A stretch of 64,000 bases of DNA from Vulcanimicrobiota bacterium (GCA_963695225.1 OY968762.1:960001-1024000); one strand, 5' to 3'; shown: positions 49,639-59,740, counted from the first letter of the stretch. Numbers and translations are program-made. Notes: generated by a model from the sequence alone, not told the origin.

Positions 49639-50856
49639 ATGCCGTACGAAACCGCCGGCCGCTCTTTCGCCACCCGTGCCATTCGCACGGGGCAAGATCC
49701 GTGTTCGGCCACAGGATCGACGATCGTACCGATCTATCAGACCGCTACCTTCACTCAATCCGCCGTCGGCGTAACGAAGGGCTTCGACTACTCGCGCACG
49801 GGGAATCCGACGCGCCTGGCGCTCGAACGGCAACTCGCCGATTTGGAAGGCGGCCGTTACGGCGCGGCGTTCGGCTCGGGGATGGCGGCCGTCGCGGGAG
49901 CCGCATCGCTCTTGCGCTCGGGGGACCACATCGTGGCGTGCCACGAGATCTACGGCGGCACGTACCGCCTCTTCAGCGACGTGCTCAGCCGCTACGGCAT
50001 CACCACTACCTACGTCGATTTCAATGACCTTGCGGCCGTGCGCGCGGCGCTTCGCCCGGAAACGAAGCTCCTGTGGATCGAAACGCCGACGAACCCGCTG
50101 TTGACGCTGATCGACATCGCCGCGATCGCGCAACTCAAGGGGCCCGGGCGGCTGCTCGCCGTCGACAACACGTTCTGCACGCCGTTCTTCCAAAAGCCTT
50201 TGCAGTTCGGCGCGGAGATCGTCGTCCATTCGACGACGAAGTACATCAACGGACACAGCGACGTCGTCGGCGGGATCGTCATCACGGACGATCCGGAATT
50301 GCACGCGCAGATCGTCTTCCATCAGAACGCGGTCGGCGCGATCCCCGGGCCGCAGGACGCCTACCTTACGCTGCGCGGCGCGAAGACGCTCGCACTGCGG
50401 ATGCGCGAGCACGAGCGCAACGCCTGCGCGGTCGCCGAGTGGTTGCAAACGCGCGACGACGTCGCGGCAGTCTATTATCCCGGACTGGCCTCGCACCCGC
50501 AGTACGCCCTCGCGCGGCGGCAGATGGAAGGGTTCGGCGGGATCGTATCGCTACGCGTACGCGGCGGGGCGGCGCGCGCGCTGGAATTCGCGCGCAGCAC
50601 CCGCTTGTTCAATCTCGCAACGTCGCTCGGCGGCGTCGAGTCGCTGATCTGCAGTCCCTATACGATGACGCACGGCTCCGTACCGTCGGAGCGCAAAGTA
50701 GAGCTGGGCATCACGCAGGATCTGCTCCGTCTCTCGGTCGGGATCGAAGGCATCGACGACATCATCGCCGACCTTCGGGACGCGCTCGATGCGTCGGCCC
50801 ACGCAGCCGCTCCCGCGCCCGCGCTCCTCGCGGAACGCGAACTCGCACGCGTCTAA
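49639..50856 (+). CDS. metB: Cystathionine gamma-synthase/lyase family PLP enzyme (MetB-like)
   Basis: PIYQTATF, YSRTGNPT, FGSGMAA, IETPTNP, VDNTF, HSTTKYINGHSD, SLGGVESL, RLSVGIE; AGGAG RBS. Synthase versus lyase is inferred from the Met leader. Confidence 0.75.
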   Translation: MPYETAGRSFATRAIRTGQDPCSATGSTIVPIYQTATFTQSAVGVTKGFDYSRTGNPTRLALERQLADLEGGRYGAAFGSGMAAVAGAASLLRSGDHIVACHEIYGGTYRLFSDVLSRYGITTTYVDFNDLAAVRAALRPETKLLWIETPTNPLLTLIDIAAIAQLKGPGRLLAVDNTFCTPFFQKPLQFGAEIVVHSTTKYINGHSDVVGGIVITDDPELHAQIVFHQNAVGAIPGPQDAYLTLRGAKTLALRMREHERNACAVAEWLQTRDDVAAVYYPGLASHPQYALARRQMEGFGGIVSLRVRGGAARALEFARSTRLFNLATSLGGVESLICSPYTMTHGSVPSERKVELGITQDLLRLSVGIEGIDDIIADLRDALDASAHAAAPAPALLAERELARV

Positions 50857-50872
50857 AATGCACGCTCGGAGG

Positions 50873-50901
50873 TTGACGCCCAAGCAGACCCGTGCTATCG
50901 T
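50873..50901 (+). promoter_or_regulatory. Promoter TTGACG-17-TATCGT with extended TG; leaderless start
   Basis: -10 ends 7 nt before ATG 50909. Confidence 0.72.
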
Positions 50902-50908
50902 ACCGCTA

Positions 50909-50974
50909 ATGCGCGCGTTCGCTTGTGCCTGTTGTCCGTGTTGTTCCGGCGATCCCCGAGGATCGGCGAACTAG
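50909..50974 (+). CDS. Cys-rich leader peptide MRAFACACCPCCSGDPRGSAN
   Basis: Five Cys, all TGT; followed by a terminator and then the cys operon. Confidence 0.85.
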   Translation: MRAFACACCPCCSGDPRGSAN

Positions 50975-51006
50975 GCGCGCGCGCGGACGAGCATCGTCCT
51001 TAGTGT

Positions 51007-51044
51007 GAAGCCCCCGCCGGTTCGGTTGGGGGCTTCTTCTTTTT
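51007..51044 (+). terminator. Attenuator terminator in the cysH operon leader
   Basis: GAAGCCCCC...GGGGGCTTC followed by TTCTTTTT. Confidence 0.88.
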
Positions 51045-51098
51045 CCGCTTTCTCCTCATTCCCCCGGCGTTGCTTTCCCGTCTCAACAGGAGGCAATC

Positions 51099-51797
51099 AT
51101 CATCGCATCATCCACCCCGCTGGAATCGGCGACGCAGACACTCGAGCTCGCACTCTCCTCGTACCGGGGGAGCGTCGTGCTGGCATGCTCGTTCGGCGGG
51201 CCATCCGGGATCGTGATCCTCGATCTGTTGCATCGCTCCGGCGAAGCGCTCCCTGTGTACTATCTCGACACTGACTTGTTGTTCAAGGAAACGTACGAGC
51301 TCGTCGAGCGCATCAGGGATCGCTACGGCGTCGATCCGATCGCCGTGCGCCCTAAACAAAGCCTGCTCGAGCAGCAACAGCGGCACGGCGAAGCGCTCTG
51401 GGCGCGCGATCCAGATGCGTGCTGCGCACTACGAAAGGTCGCGCCGCAGACGGAGTTCCTGCGCGAATATCGCGCCTGGATCACGGGTATCCGGCGCGAT
51501 CAATCGGCCGCGCGCAGCGCGGTTCGCGCGCTCGAATGGGACGAGAACTTTCACCTCGTCAAAGTGAGCCCGCTCGCCGAATGGACCGAAAGCGACGTGT
51601 GGGCGTACGTACGCGAGCACGACCTTCCGTACAACAGCCTGCACGACGACGGTTTTCCGAGCCTCGGATGCAGGCCGTGCACGCGCCGCGTCGCGGCCGG
51701 CGAAGGTCCGCGCGCCGGCCGCTGGTCCGGCTTCACGAAGACGGAGTGCGGCTTGCACGCCCCGCCGCTGCGAACGGAGAGAACGACACGTGGCTAA
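51099..51797 (+). CDS. cysH: APS/PAPS reductase (Fe-S type); probable non-canonical ATC start
   Basis: [55 protein letters not shown] at 51088-51093 is followed by in-frame ATC codons; first GTG is at 51177. Confidence 0.9.
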   Translation: MIASSTPLESATQTLELALSSYRGSVVLACSFGGPSGIVILDLLHRSGEALPVYYLDTDLLFKETYELVERIRDRYGVDPIAVRPKQSLLEQQQRHGEALWARDPDACCALRKVAPQTEFLREYRAWITGIRRDQSAARSAVRALEWDENFHLVKVSPLAEWTESDVWAYVREHDLPYNSLHDDGFPSLGCRPCTRRVAAGEGPRAGRWSGFTKTECGLHAPPLRTERTTRG

Positions 51798-52338
51798 AGG
51801 ATTCACCGTTTGGTTGACCGGCCTCTCGGGCGCTGGGAAGAGCACGATCGCCGCCTTGCTGCGCGATGAGTTGGCCGCGCGCGGGCGCGGCGTGGAAGTG
51901 CTCGACGGAGACGTCGTCCGCACGCATCTATCGAAAGGGCTCGGTTTCAGCCGGGAGGATCGCGACACCAACATCGCGCGCATCGCGTTCGTCGCCGCGC
52001 TCCTCACGCGTCACGGCGTCGCCGTGATCGCCGCGGCGATTTCCCCGTTCGCCGAGGCGCGGGCCCAAGCGCGCGAGGCGATCGGGGAGTTCGTCGAGGT
52101 CCACGTCGATTGCTCGATCGACGAGTTGACCCGGCGTGACGTCAAAGGCCTCTACCTGCGCGCGCTGCGCGGCGAGATCCCGAACTTCACCGGCGTCTCC
52201 GACCCGTACGAAGCCCCGGAACATCCGGACGTCCGCGTCTCGAGCGATACGCAGACGGTCGAAGGCAGCGTCGCCGTAATTCTCGCCGAACTCGAGCGCC
52301 GCGGCTACGTCGAGCGCCTCTCACCGGTGCGCGCGTGA
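51790..52338 (+). CDS. cysC: Adenylyl-sulfate kinase
   Basis: [41 protein letters not shown]. Confidence 0.95.
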   Translation: MAKGFTVWLTGLSGAGKSTIAALLRDELAARGRGVEVLDGDVVRTHLSKGLGFSREDRDTNIARIAFVAALLTRHGVAVIAAAISPFAEARAQAREAIGEFVEVHVDCSIDELTRRDVKGLYLRALRGEIPNFTGVSDPYEAPEHPDVRVSSDTQTVEGSVAVILAELERRGYVERLSPVRA

Positions 52339-53405
52339 GCACCCGAACGGCGACCAAGCTCGTCCTGAGCGCGCGCGAACTGAGCGACGCCGCGCTCGTG
52401 TTGAACGGAGCGTTCGCGCCGCTCGAAGGGTTCTTGACGCGCGCGCATTACGAGCGCGTCGTCGCGGACCTGCGCCTCGCGAGCGGCGCGCCGTGGTCGT
52501 TGCCGGTGACGCTCTCCGTCGCGCGGCACGAGGCGCCCTCGCTCGACGAGACGGTCGAACTGATCGACGAAGGCGGGAACGTGCGCGCGCTGCTCGACGT
52601 GACGGACGTCTTCGAGTACGATAAGGCGCTCGAGGCGCGCAACGTCTACCGCACGGAGGACGCGGCCCACCCCGGCGTCGCCGTTCTGTACGCGCAAAAA
52701 GAGCTGCTCGTTGGAGGGCGCCTGCGCGCCGCCGCAGGGGAGCCGGCCGCCCCCCCGGACCCGCTCGCGCTGACGCCGGCGGAGACGCGCGCCGAGTTCG
52801 CGCGTCGCGGCTGGAAGACGATCGTCGGCTTCCAGACCCGCAACCCCGTCCATCGCGCGCACGAGTACATTCAAAAGAGCGCGCTCGAGATCGTCGACGG
52901 CTTGCTGCTGCACCCGCTCGTGGGCGAGACGAAATCCGACGACATCCCGGCCGCCGTACGCCTGCGCTGCTATCAGGCGCTGCTCGAGGGATACTATCCT
53001 CGCGAGCGCGTCCTGCTCGCGACGCTTCCGGCGGCGATGCGCTATGCGGGCCCGCGCGAGGCGATCTTCCACGCACTCGTCCGCAAGAACTACGGCTGCA
53101 CGCACTTCATCGTGGGGCGCGATCACGCAGGCGTCGGCAACTACTACGGCACCTATGACGCGCAGGCGCTGTTCGACGAGTTCGCGCCCGGCGAGCTCGG
53201 GATCACGCCGCTGAAGTATGAGAACAGCTTCTTCTGCCGGCGCTGCGATGCGATGGCGACTCGCAAGACCTGCCCTCATCCGCCCGACGCGCACGTCGCG
53301 CTCAGCGGGACGGCCGTGCGCGACTTGCTGCGCAACCGGCAACTCCCCCCGCCGGAATTCTCACGGCCCGAAGTCGCGCGCATCCTGATCGAGGCGCTCG
53401 CGTGA
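52335..53405 (+). CDS. sat: Sulfate adenylyltransferase
   Basis: [35 protein letters not shown]. Confidence 0.95.
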   Translation: MSTRTATKLVLSARELSDAALVLNGAFAPLEGFLTRAHYERVVADLRLASGAPWSLPVTLSVARHEAPSLDETVELIDEGGNVRALLDVTDVFEYDKALEARNVYRTEDAAHPGVAVLYAQKELLVGGRLRAAAGEPAAPPDPLALTPAETRAEFARRGWKTIVGFQTRNPVHRAHEYIQKSALEIVDGLLLHPLVGETKSDDIPAAVRLRCYQALLEGYYPRERVLLATLPAAMRYAGPREAIFHALVRKNYGCTHFIVGRDHAGVGNYYGTYDAQALFDEFAPGELGITPLKYENSFFCRRCDAMATRKTCPHPPDAHVALSGTAVRDLLRNRQLPPPEFSRPEVARILIEALA

Positions 53406-54379
53406 GCATCGTCGTCGAGGGCGTCGCGAAATCGTACGGCGACGTCTCGGCCCTCGAAGACGTGAGCGTTACGATCGGGCCACGCACGCTGACGGCGCTG
53501 CTCGGCCCGTCAGGCTGCGGCAAGTCGACGCTGTTGCGGCTGATCGCCGGATTCGACCGCCCCGAGCGCGGCCGGATCCTCATCGACGGCGAGGACGCGA
53601 CCGACATTCCGCTCGGCAAGCGCGACGTCGGGTTCGTCTTCCAGAGCTATGCGCTGTTCCCGCACCTGACCGTTGCCGAAAACATCGCCTTCGGCTTGAA
53701 GGTCCGCAAAGCGCCGCGCGCCGCGGCGAATGCGCGCGTCGCGGAGCTTCTCGCGCTCATCCAGCTCGAGGGCTACGAGAAGCGGCGGCCGCACGAGCTC
53801 TCCGGCGGGCAGCGGCAACGCGTCGCACTCGCCCGAGCGCTCGCGGCGAAGCCGCGCATTCTCCTGCTGGACGAGCCATTCGGTGCGCTCGATCTGCAGG
53901 TCCGTAAGGAATTGCGCGCTTGGGTCCGTTCGCTGCACGAACTCACGCACGTCACGACCGTGATCGTGACGCACGATGCGGACGAGGCGATGGAACTCGC
54001 GGACCAGATCGTCGTCCTCGCGAAGGGCCGCGTCCAACAATCCGGCGCCCCGCGGCGCATCTACGAGCACCCGGAGAACCCATTCGTGATGCGCTTCCTC
54101 GGGCACGTGAACGCGCTCGGGGAGGGCACGGAGACCGTCTACGTCCGGCCGCACGATTTTCGCGTCGAAACTCGCCACTTCGGCGAGGCGGCCGCCGCGC
54201 GCGTCGAGCGCGTCATCGAGTTCGGCTCGCGCACGCATCTCGAGTTGGCCCTCGGCGACGGAAACAAGATCACGAGCGAGCTTCCCCCCGGGCTCGCCGC
54301 CGAACTTGCTCCGCACGTCGGCATGACGGTCTATCTCGAGCCCAAACGGGTCCGTTCTTTCGACACCATCGCCTCTTGA
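53402..54379 (+). CDS. cysA: Sulfate ABC transporter ATP-binding protein
   Basis: [31 protein letters not shown]-terminal TOBE-like region. Confidence 0.92.
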   Translation: MSIVVEGVAKSYGDVSALEDVSVTIGPRTLTALLGPSGCGKSTLLRLIAGFDRPERGRILIDGEDATDIPLGKRDVGFVFQSYALFPHLTVAENIAFGLKVRKAPRAAANARVAELLALIQLEGYEKRRPHELSGGQRQRVALARALAAKPRILLLDEPFGALDLQVRKELRAWVRSLHELTHVTTVIVTHDADEAMELADQIVVLAKGRVQQSGAPRRIYEHPENPFVMRFLGHVNALGEGTETVYVRPHDFRVETRHFGEAAAARVERVIEFGSRTHLELALGDGNKITSELPPGLAAELAPHVGMTVYLEPKRVRSFDTIAS

Positions 54380-54389
54380 AAAGGACATC

Positions 54390-55388
54390 ATGAACCGCCT
54401 TCGTCTTGCGTCGCTCGCGGCGGCGCTGCTCATCCTCCTCTCCCCGCTCGCAGCCAGGGCGGACCAATCGCTCCTCAACGTTTCGTACGATCCGACGCGC
54501 GAGTTCTACAGCGCATACAACACGCTCTTCGCCGCGTACTGGAAAAAGAAGACCGGCGAGACGGTGACGATCAATCAATCGCACGGCGGTTCCGGCGCGC
54601 AAGCCCGCTCCGTCATCGAAGGCCTCGAGGCCGACGTTGTGACGCTCGCGCTCGCCTACGACATCGATTCGATCTCGCAGAAGGCGAATCTGTTGGCCCC
54701 GGATTGGCAGAGGCGCTTCCCCGACAATTCGAGCCCATACACGTCGACCGTCGTCTTCGTCGTGCGCAAAGGGAACCCGAAGAACGTGCGCGGCTGGGAA
54801 GATCTCGTGAAGCCCGGCATTTCGGTGATCACCGCGAATCCGAAAACGAGCGGCGGCGCGCGCTGGAATTTCCTCGCGGCCTACGACTACGGCCTGCACA
54901 GCAACCAGAACGACGAAGCCAAGGCGCGCGCCTACGTGACGGCGCTCTACAAGAACGTACCCGTACTCGATAGCGGGGCACGCGGTTCGACCGTGACGTT
55001 CGTCGACCGCGGCCTCGGCGACGTGCTCCTCGCGTGGGAGAACGAGGCGTTCCTGACGCTCAAGCAACATCCGGCCGATTTCGAGATCGTCGTCCCCAAG
55101 ACGAGCATCCTCGCGGAACCGCCCGTCGCCGTTGTCGACGCGAACGCCAAGAAGCACGGCACCGAAGCTCTCGCGAAGGCGTACCTCGAGTATCTCTACA
55201 CGCCCGAGGCGCAAAAGCTGGCCGCCCAGTGGGGTTACCGCCCGCGCTTGGCGTCGGCGATACCGGCGGGGACGCACTTCGCCGTTACGAGCCTGCAGAC
55301 GGTCGCGGAATTCGGCGGATGGCAAACGGCGCAGCAACGCTTCTTCGCCGACGGCGGGCTCTTCGACCAGATCTACGCGGTGAAGTAA
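54390..55388 (+). CDS. sbp: Sulfate ABC transporter substrate-binding protein
   Basis: [48 protein letters not shown]. Confidence 0.95.
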   Translation: MNRLRLASLAAALLILLSPLAARADQSLLNVSYDPTREFYSAYNTLFAAYWKKKTGETVTINQSHGGSGAQARSVIEGLEADVVTLALAYDIDSISQKANLLAPDWQRRFPDNSSPYTSTVVFVVRKGNPKNVRGWEDLVKPGISVITANPKTSGGARWNFLAAYDYGLHSNQNDEAKARAYVTALYKNVPVLDSGARGSTVTFVDRGLGDVLLAWENEAFLTLKQHPADFEIVVPKTSILAEPPVAVVDANAKKHGTEALAKAYLEYLYTPEAQKLAAQWGYRPRLASAIPAGTHFAVTSLQTVAEFGGWQTAQQRFFADGGLFDQIYAVK

Positions 55389-55391
55389 CGC

Positions 55392-56213
55392 GTGCGGCAC
55401 GAGGCGATTCCCGGCAGAGGGCTAGCGCTCGGGACGACGCTGACGCTTCTGACGCTGGTCGTCCTCGTGCCCCTTGCCGCCATCGTCGCGACGCTGCAAG
55501 GTCTCACTCCCGAGCGCTTCCTCGCCGTCGCGGGCTCGCCGCGGACGCTCGCCGCCTATCGCCTCACGTTTGGGGCGGCGCTCTGCGGTTCTGCGATCGA
55601 CCTCGTCGCGGGCACGTTCGTCGCCTGGGTGCTCGTGCGCTACCGCTTCCCCGGACGGAACGTTCTCGATGCGGTCGTCGACGTTCCGTTCGCGTTGCCG
55701 ACGGCGGTGACCGGCATCGCGCTCGCGACGCTGTACGGAGCGCACGGCTGGGCCGGGGAAGCGCTCGCGCAGTTCGGTTGGAGGGTCGCCTACACGCAAC
55801 TCGGCGTCGGGCTCGCGCTGACGTTCGTCGGCTTTCCGTTCGTCGTGCGGACCGTGCAGCCGGTCATCGCCTCGTTGCCGATCGAGTACGCCGAAGCGGC
55901 CGCCTCGCTCGGGGCCGGCAAGGGGGAAGCGTTTCGCCGGGTCACGTTGCCGCTGATCTTTCCCGCGATGCTGACCGGCTTCGCCCTCGCGCTCGCGCGC
56001 GGGCTCGGCGAATACGGATCCGTTATCTTCATCTCCGGCAACATGCCCGGGCGCACGGAGATCGCCCCGCTACTGATCGTCTCGCACCTCGAGAGCTTCG
56101 ATTATCAGGGCGCGGCGGCGATCGCGACCGTGTTGCTCCTCTCGTCGTTTCTGCTGCTGCTCGCGATCAACGCCTTGCAACGGCGCATCGCCGTCGTGCG
56201 GGCCCCGCAGTGA
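55392..56213 (+). CDS. cysT: Sulfate ABC transporter permease CysT
   Basis: PFALPTAVTG, PFVVRTVQPV, GEYGSVIFI.GN.P..TEI.PL. Confidence 0.92.
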   Translation: MRHEAIPGRGLALGTTLTLLTLVVLVPLAAIVATLQGLTPERFLAVAGSPRTLAAYRLTFGAALCGSAIDLVAGTFVAWVLVRYRFPGRNVLDAVVDVPFALPTAVTGIALATLYGAHGWAGEALAQFGWRVAYTQLGVGLALTFVGFPFVVRTVQPVIASLPIEYAEAAASLGAGKGEAFRRVTLPLIFPAMLTGFALALARGLGEYGSVIFISGNMPGRTEIAPLLIVSHLESFDYQGAAAIATVLLLSSFLLLLAINALQRRIAVVRAPQ

Positions 56214-57070
56214 GCGTCAACGCCGTCTCGATGCCCGCCGCCCGATTGGAGGCGGCCGCTCGTCCGAAGGCCGTGCGGCTCTTCGGCCCGGATGCGCTCG
56301 CCGTCGGCGGCGCGATCGCGCTCGTCGCGGGCCTAGTCCTCTTGCCGCTCGTCTCCGTCGTATACGAAGCGACGCGCGCCGGCGCCGGGACGTTCGCGAG
56401 GACGTTCACGGAACCGTACGCGCTGGCCGCGATCCGGCTGACGCTCGGGGTGGCCTTCGCGACGGTCGCCTTCAACACGACGTTCGGATTGATCGCGGCG
56501 TGGACGGTCACCAAGTATCGCTTTCCGCTCAAGGCGTGGCTCTTGACCGCGATCGATCTGCCGCTCACGGTCTCGCCGGTCGTCGCCGGGCTCGCGATCC
56601 TGCTGACGTTCGGAAGCCGCTCGCCGCTCGGCAGCCGGCTCGTCGAGCAGGGGATCCACATCGCGTTCGCGCCGCCGGGGATCATCCTGGCGACGATCTT
56701 CGTGACCTTCCCGTTCGTCGCGCGTGAGTTGATCGCGTTCATGCAAGAGCAAGGCCGCGACCTCGAAGAGGCCTCGCTCGTCCTCGGCGCCTCCGTATGG
56801 CAGACGCTCTGGCGCATCACGATCCCCAACGCTCGCTGGGCGCTCCTCAACGGCATCCTGCTCTGCAACGCGCGGGCGATGGGCGAGTTCGGCGCCGTCT
56901 CCGTAATCTCGGGGCGCGTGCGCGGCTTCACCGACACGGTCCCCCTGCACATCGAAATCCTCTACAACGAGAGCGCCTTCGCCTCGGCGTTCGCCCTCTC
57001 GACGGCGCTCGCCGTCGTGACGATCGGCCTGACGCTCGCGCGCGCCGCGCTCGTGCGGCATCGTGACTGA
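56210..57070 (+). CDS. cysW: Sulfate ABC transporter permease CysW
   Basis: DLP.TVSPVVAG, FVTFPFVAREL, CNARAMGEFGAVSV. Confidence 0.92.
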   Translation: MSVNAVSMPAARLEAAARPKAVRLFGPDALAVGGAIALVAGLVLLPLVSVVYEATRAGAGTFARTFTEPYALAAIRLTLGVAFATVAFNTTFGLIAAWTVTKYRFPLKAWLLTAIDLPLTVSPVVAGLAILLTFGSRSPLGSRLVEQGIHIAFAPPGIILATIFVTFPFVARELIAFMQEQGRDLEEASLVLGASVWQTLWRITIPNARWALLNGILLCNARAMGEFGAVSVISGRVRGFTDTVPLHIEILYNESAFASAFALSTALAVVTIGLTLARAALVRHRD

Positions 57071-57143
57071 GCCGCCTTCGCTCTTTCGCAACGCCGGCGC
57101 CCCGGCAGGAACGCCCCCCGCCGGAGCAAACGGGGGTTGCTTC

Positions 57144-58214
57144 ATGGAAGCTTCGATTGCCGCCGGCAACAAGGTCCTTGCGAAGCGGCGCGAGCTCGGC
57201 CTGTCGCAAGAGGCGCTTGCGCAAGCCGGCGGCGTCACGCGGCAAGCGATCGGAGCGATCGAAAGCGGGCGCGCGCAACCGGGCGTCGCCCTCGCGCTCG
57301 CGATCGCGCGTACGCTCAACTCGACCGTCGAGGAACTCTTCGGACCCGACGGCGACGAAGAGATCGCCGTTGAAACGGACGATCTGCCGAGCCCGGGCCA
57401 ACGCGTCGCCGTCGCTTCGATCGGCGGCCGCAGCGTGATCAGGAGCCTCGATCGGCCGTCGCTCGGCTCGGTCCCCGAATCCGCGCAAGCGATCGTGCTT
57501 TCGTCGGACGCTAAGCGAGCCCGGCTGCGCCGGCTCGCTCCGGGGCAGCCCGCCGAACCGGCGGTGTTCGTCTCGGGTTGCGATCTCGGCCTCGGCTTGC
57601 TCGTGCGGCACCTCGACGGGCGCAAAGGCCGCGGCATCTGGTTTTCTCAAAGCAATCAGGGCGCTCTGACCGAACTCGCCGCGGGGCGCACGCACGTCGC
57701 TGCGATCCATGGGCCGGAAGCGGACCGGCGAAAGATCGGCCGCGTTCGCCGCTTCGATCTCGCCGAAATCGAGGAAGGCTGGCTCGTGGCTCGCGGGAAT
57801 CCGCTCTCGTTTCGCGGCGCGCGCGATCTCGCCCGCGGCAAAGTCCGGCTCGCGAACCGCCCGTCCGGGGCGGGGGCGCGCGCGCTGCTCGATGCCGAAT
57901 TGCGCCGGGCCTCGATCGATCCGCACCGCGTCAGCGGCTACGAGCGCGAACTCGGCGGACATCTCGACGTCGCGCGTGCCGTCTCGCAGGGCTTTGCCGA
58001 CGTCGGCGTCGGGATCGCCTCGGCCGCCCGCATGTTCGGACTCGATTTCGTCCCCCTGCGCTCCGAGCGTTGCACGCTCCTCATCCCCGAAGCGCACCTG
58101 ATGCATTCGGGAGTCGCGGCGCTGCTCGAGACGTTGCGTTCGAACGCCTATCGCCGCGATCTCGCAGCGTTCGGACCCTACGACACGAGCCGCACCGGCG
58201 AGGAAATCGCTTGA
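57144..58214 (+). CDS. XRE-HTH + periplasmic-binding-protein-like (molybdate-binding type) regulator
   Basis: RRELGLSQEALA..GVTRQAIGAIESG; VARGNP, NRPSGAGARALLD, GLDFVPL.SER. Confidence 0.8.
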   Translation: MEASIAAGNKVLAKRRELGLSQEALAQAGGVTRQAIGAIESGRAQPGVALALAIARTLNSTVEELFGPDGDEEIAVETDDLPSPGQRVAVASIGGRSVIRSLDRPSLGSVPESAQAIVLSSDAKRARLRRLAPGQPAEPAVFVSGCDLGLGLLVRHLDGRKGRGIWFSQSNQGALTELAAGRTHVAAIHGPEADRRKIGRVRRFDLAEIEEGWLVARGNPLSFRGARDLARGKVRLANRPSGAGARALLDAELRRASIDPHRVSGYERELGGHLDVARAVSQGFADVGVGIASAARMFGLDFVPLRSERCTLLIPEAHLMHSGVAALLETLRSNAYRRDLAAFGPYDTSRTGEEIA

Positions 58215-58229
58215 CGCCCGTCGCCCCCG

Positions 58230-59015
58230 TTGCGCCGCCGCCCGTTCGATAGCGGGAAGCTTCTCGTCGCCGTTCCGGCGGCGGTGTTTCTCGCGTTCAT
58301 CCTCGCTCCGGTGAGCGCGCTGTTCATCCGTTCGTCGCCGGGCGAGTTCGTTGCCGCGCTGCAACAGCCGGACGTGCTCTCGGCCTTGCGCCTGAGCGCG
58401 CTCACGACCGCGATCGCGCTCGCGTGCGCCGTCGCGTTCGGAACGCCGCTCGCGTATCTGCTGGCCCGCTGGAACTTCCCGGGGCGCGACGTGGTCGACG
58501 CCCTCGTCGATCTGCCGATCGTCGTCCCCCCTGCCGTCGCCGGCGTGGCGCTCCTGATCGCGTTCGGCCGCCGCGGCATCTTCGCTCCGCTTCTCTCGAG
58601 CATGGGGATCGAACTCTCGTTCACGACCGCCGCGGTCGTCCTCGCGCAGCTCTTCGTTGCCTCGCCATTTTACGTCCGAGCCGCACGCAACGGCTTCCTC
58701 GCGGTGGACCGCAGCCTCGAGGAAGCCTCGGCCACGCTGGGGTCGACCCGCTTTCAAACCTTCCGGCGCATCACGATCCCGCTCGCATTGCCGAGCCTGA
58801 TCGGAGGCGCCGTGCTGACGTGGGCGCGCGCACTCGGAGAATTCGGCGCCACGATCATGTTCGCGGGCAACCTCGTCGGGGTCTCGCAAACGATGCCGCT
58901 CGCCGTGTATCTGAAGCTCGAGAGCGGGGATCTCCCGGCCTCGCTCGCGCTCTCGATCGTCCTCGTCCTATCGAGCCTGATCGTGCTGCTGGTCGTCCGG
59001 GTCGCGGCGCGCTGA
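58230..59015 (+). CDS. modB: Molybdate ABC permease
   Basis: DLPIVVPPAVAG, WARALGEFGATIMFAGN..G..QTMPLAVY. Confidence 0.88.
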   Translation: MRRRPFDSGKLLVAVPAAVFLAFILAPVSALFIRSSPGEFVAALQQPDVLSALRLSALTTAIALACAVAFGTPLAYLLARWNFPGRDVVDALVDLPIVVPPAVAGVALLIAFGRRGIFAPLLSSMGIELSFTTAAVVLAQLFVASPFYVRAARNGFLAVDRSLEEASATLGSTRFQTFRRITIPLALPSLIGGAVLTWARALGEFGATIMFAGNLVGVSQTMPLAVYLKLESGDLPASLALSIVLVLSSLIVLLVVRVAAR

Positions 59016-59740
59016 TGCTGCGCGCGCTCGTCGTCAAGCGGTTGCGCGACTTCACGCTCGATCTCGACCTTCGGTGTCCGGCCGGCGTGACCGTCGTCGT
59101 CGGTCCCAGCGGATCCGGGAAGACGACGATGCTGCGGCTCATCGCCGGGCTCGACGAGGTCGATCGCGGCGAGATCGCGATCGACGGCCGCGTGCTCGAC
59201 GACGGGAATGGAACCTTCCTCCCCGCCAGGCTGCGCGACATCGCCTTCGTCTTTCAGGAATACGCGCTCTTCCCGCACCTGACGGTCGCGGAGAACGTCG
59301 CCTACGGCCTGCGGGCGCGCGGCGTCCCGAACGATGAGGCACGGCAGCGGGTCGCGGCGACCCTCGCGCGCTTTGAGATTGCGGAGTGCGCCGGGGTCTT
59401 CCCCGCCAAACTCTCCGGCGGGCAGCGGCAGCGCGTCGCCCTCGCTCGCGGCCTCATCCTCGAACCGCGAGCGCTGCTGCTCGACGAGCCGCTCGCCGCT
59501 CTGGACGTGCAGACGCGCGCATCCGTCCGCAACGAGCTTCTCGCGATCGTCGGCCGGCTCCCGATCCCGACGATCTTCGTGACGCACGATCCGGCCGACG
59601 CGCGCGCCTGCCCGGAACGCATCGTCGCGATCGAAAGCGGCGCGATCACGCAAGAGGCGACGTGGTCCGAGCTCTCGGCTGCGCCGGCCACCCGGTTCGT
59701 CGCGGACTTCGCGAGGAGCGGGGCGCCGGCGCACGCCTGA
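59015..59740 (+). CDS. modC: Molybdate ABC ATP-binding protein
   Basis: [33 protein letters not shown]. Confidence 0.85.
   Translation: MLRALVVKRLRDFTLDLDLRCPAGVTVVVGPSGSGKTTMLRLIAGLDEVDRGEIAIDGRVLDDGNGTFLPARLRDIAFVFQEYALFPHLTVAENVAYGLRARGVPNDEARQRVAATLARFEIAECAGVFPAKLSGGQRQRVALARGLILEPRALLLDEPLAALDVQTRASVRNELLAIVGRLPIPTIFVTHDPADARACPERIVAIESGAITQEATWSELSAAPATRFVADFARSGAPAHA

Noticed and set aside
50909..50974. Metallothionein or RiPP precursor
   Set aside because: Its position between promoter and terminator ahead of cys genes, with all-TGT codons, fits an attenuator leader better; no modifying enzymes nearby.
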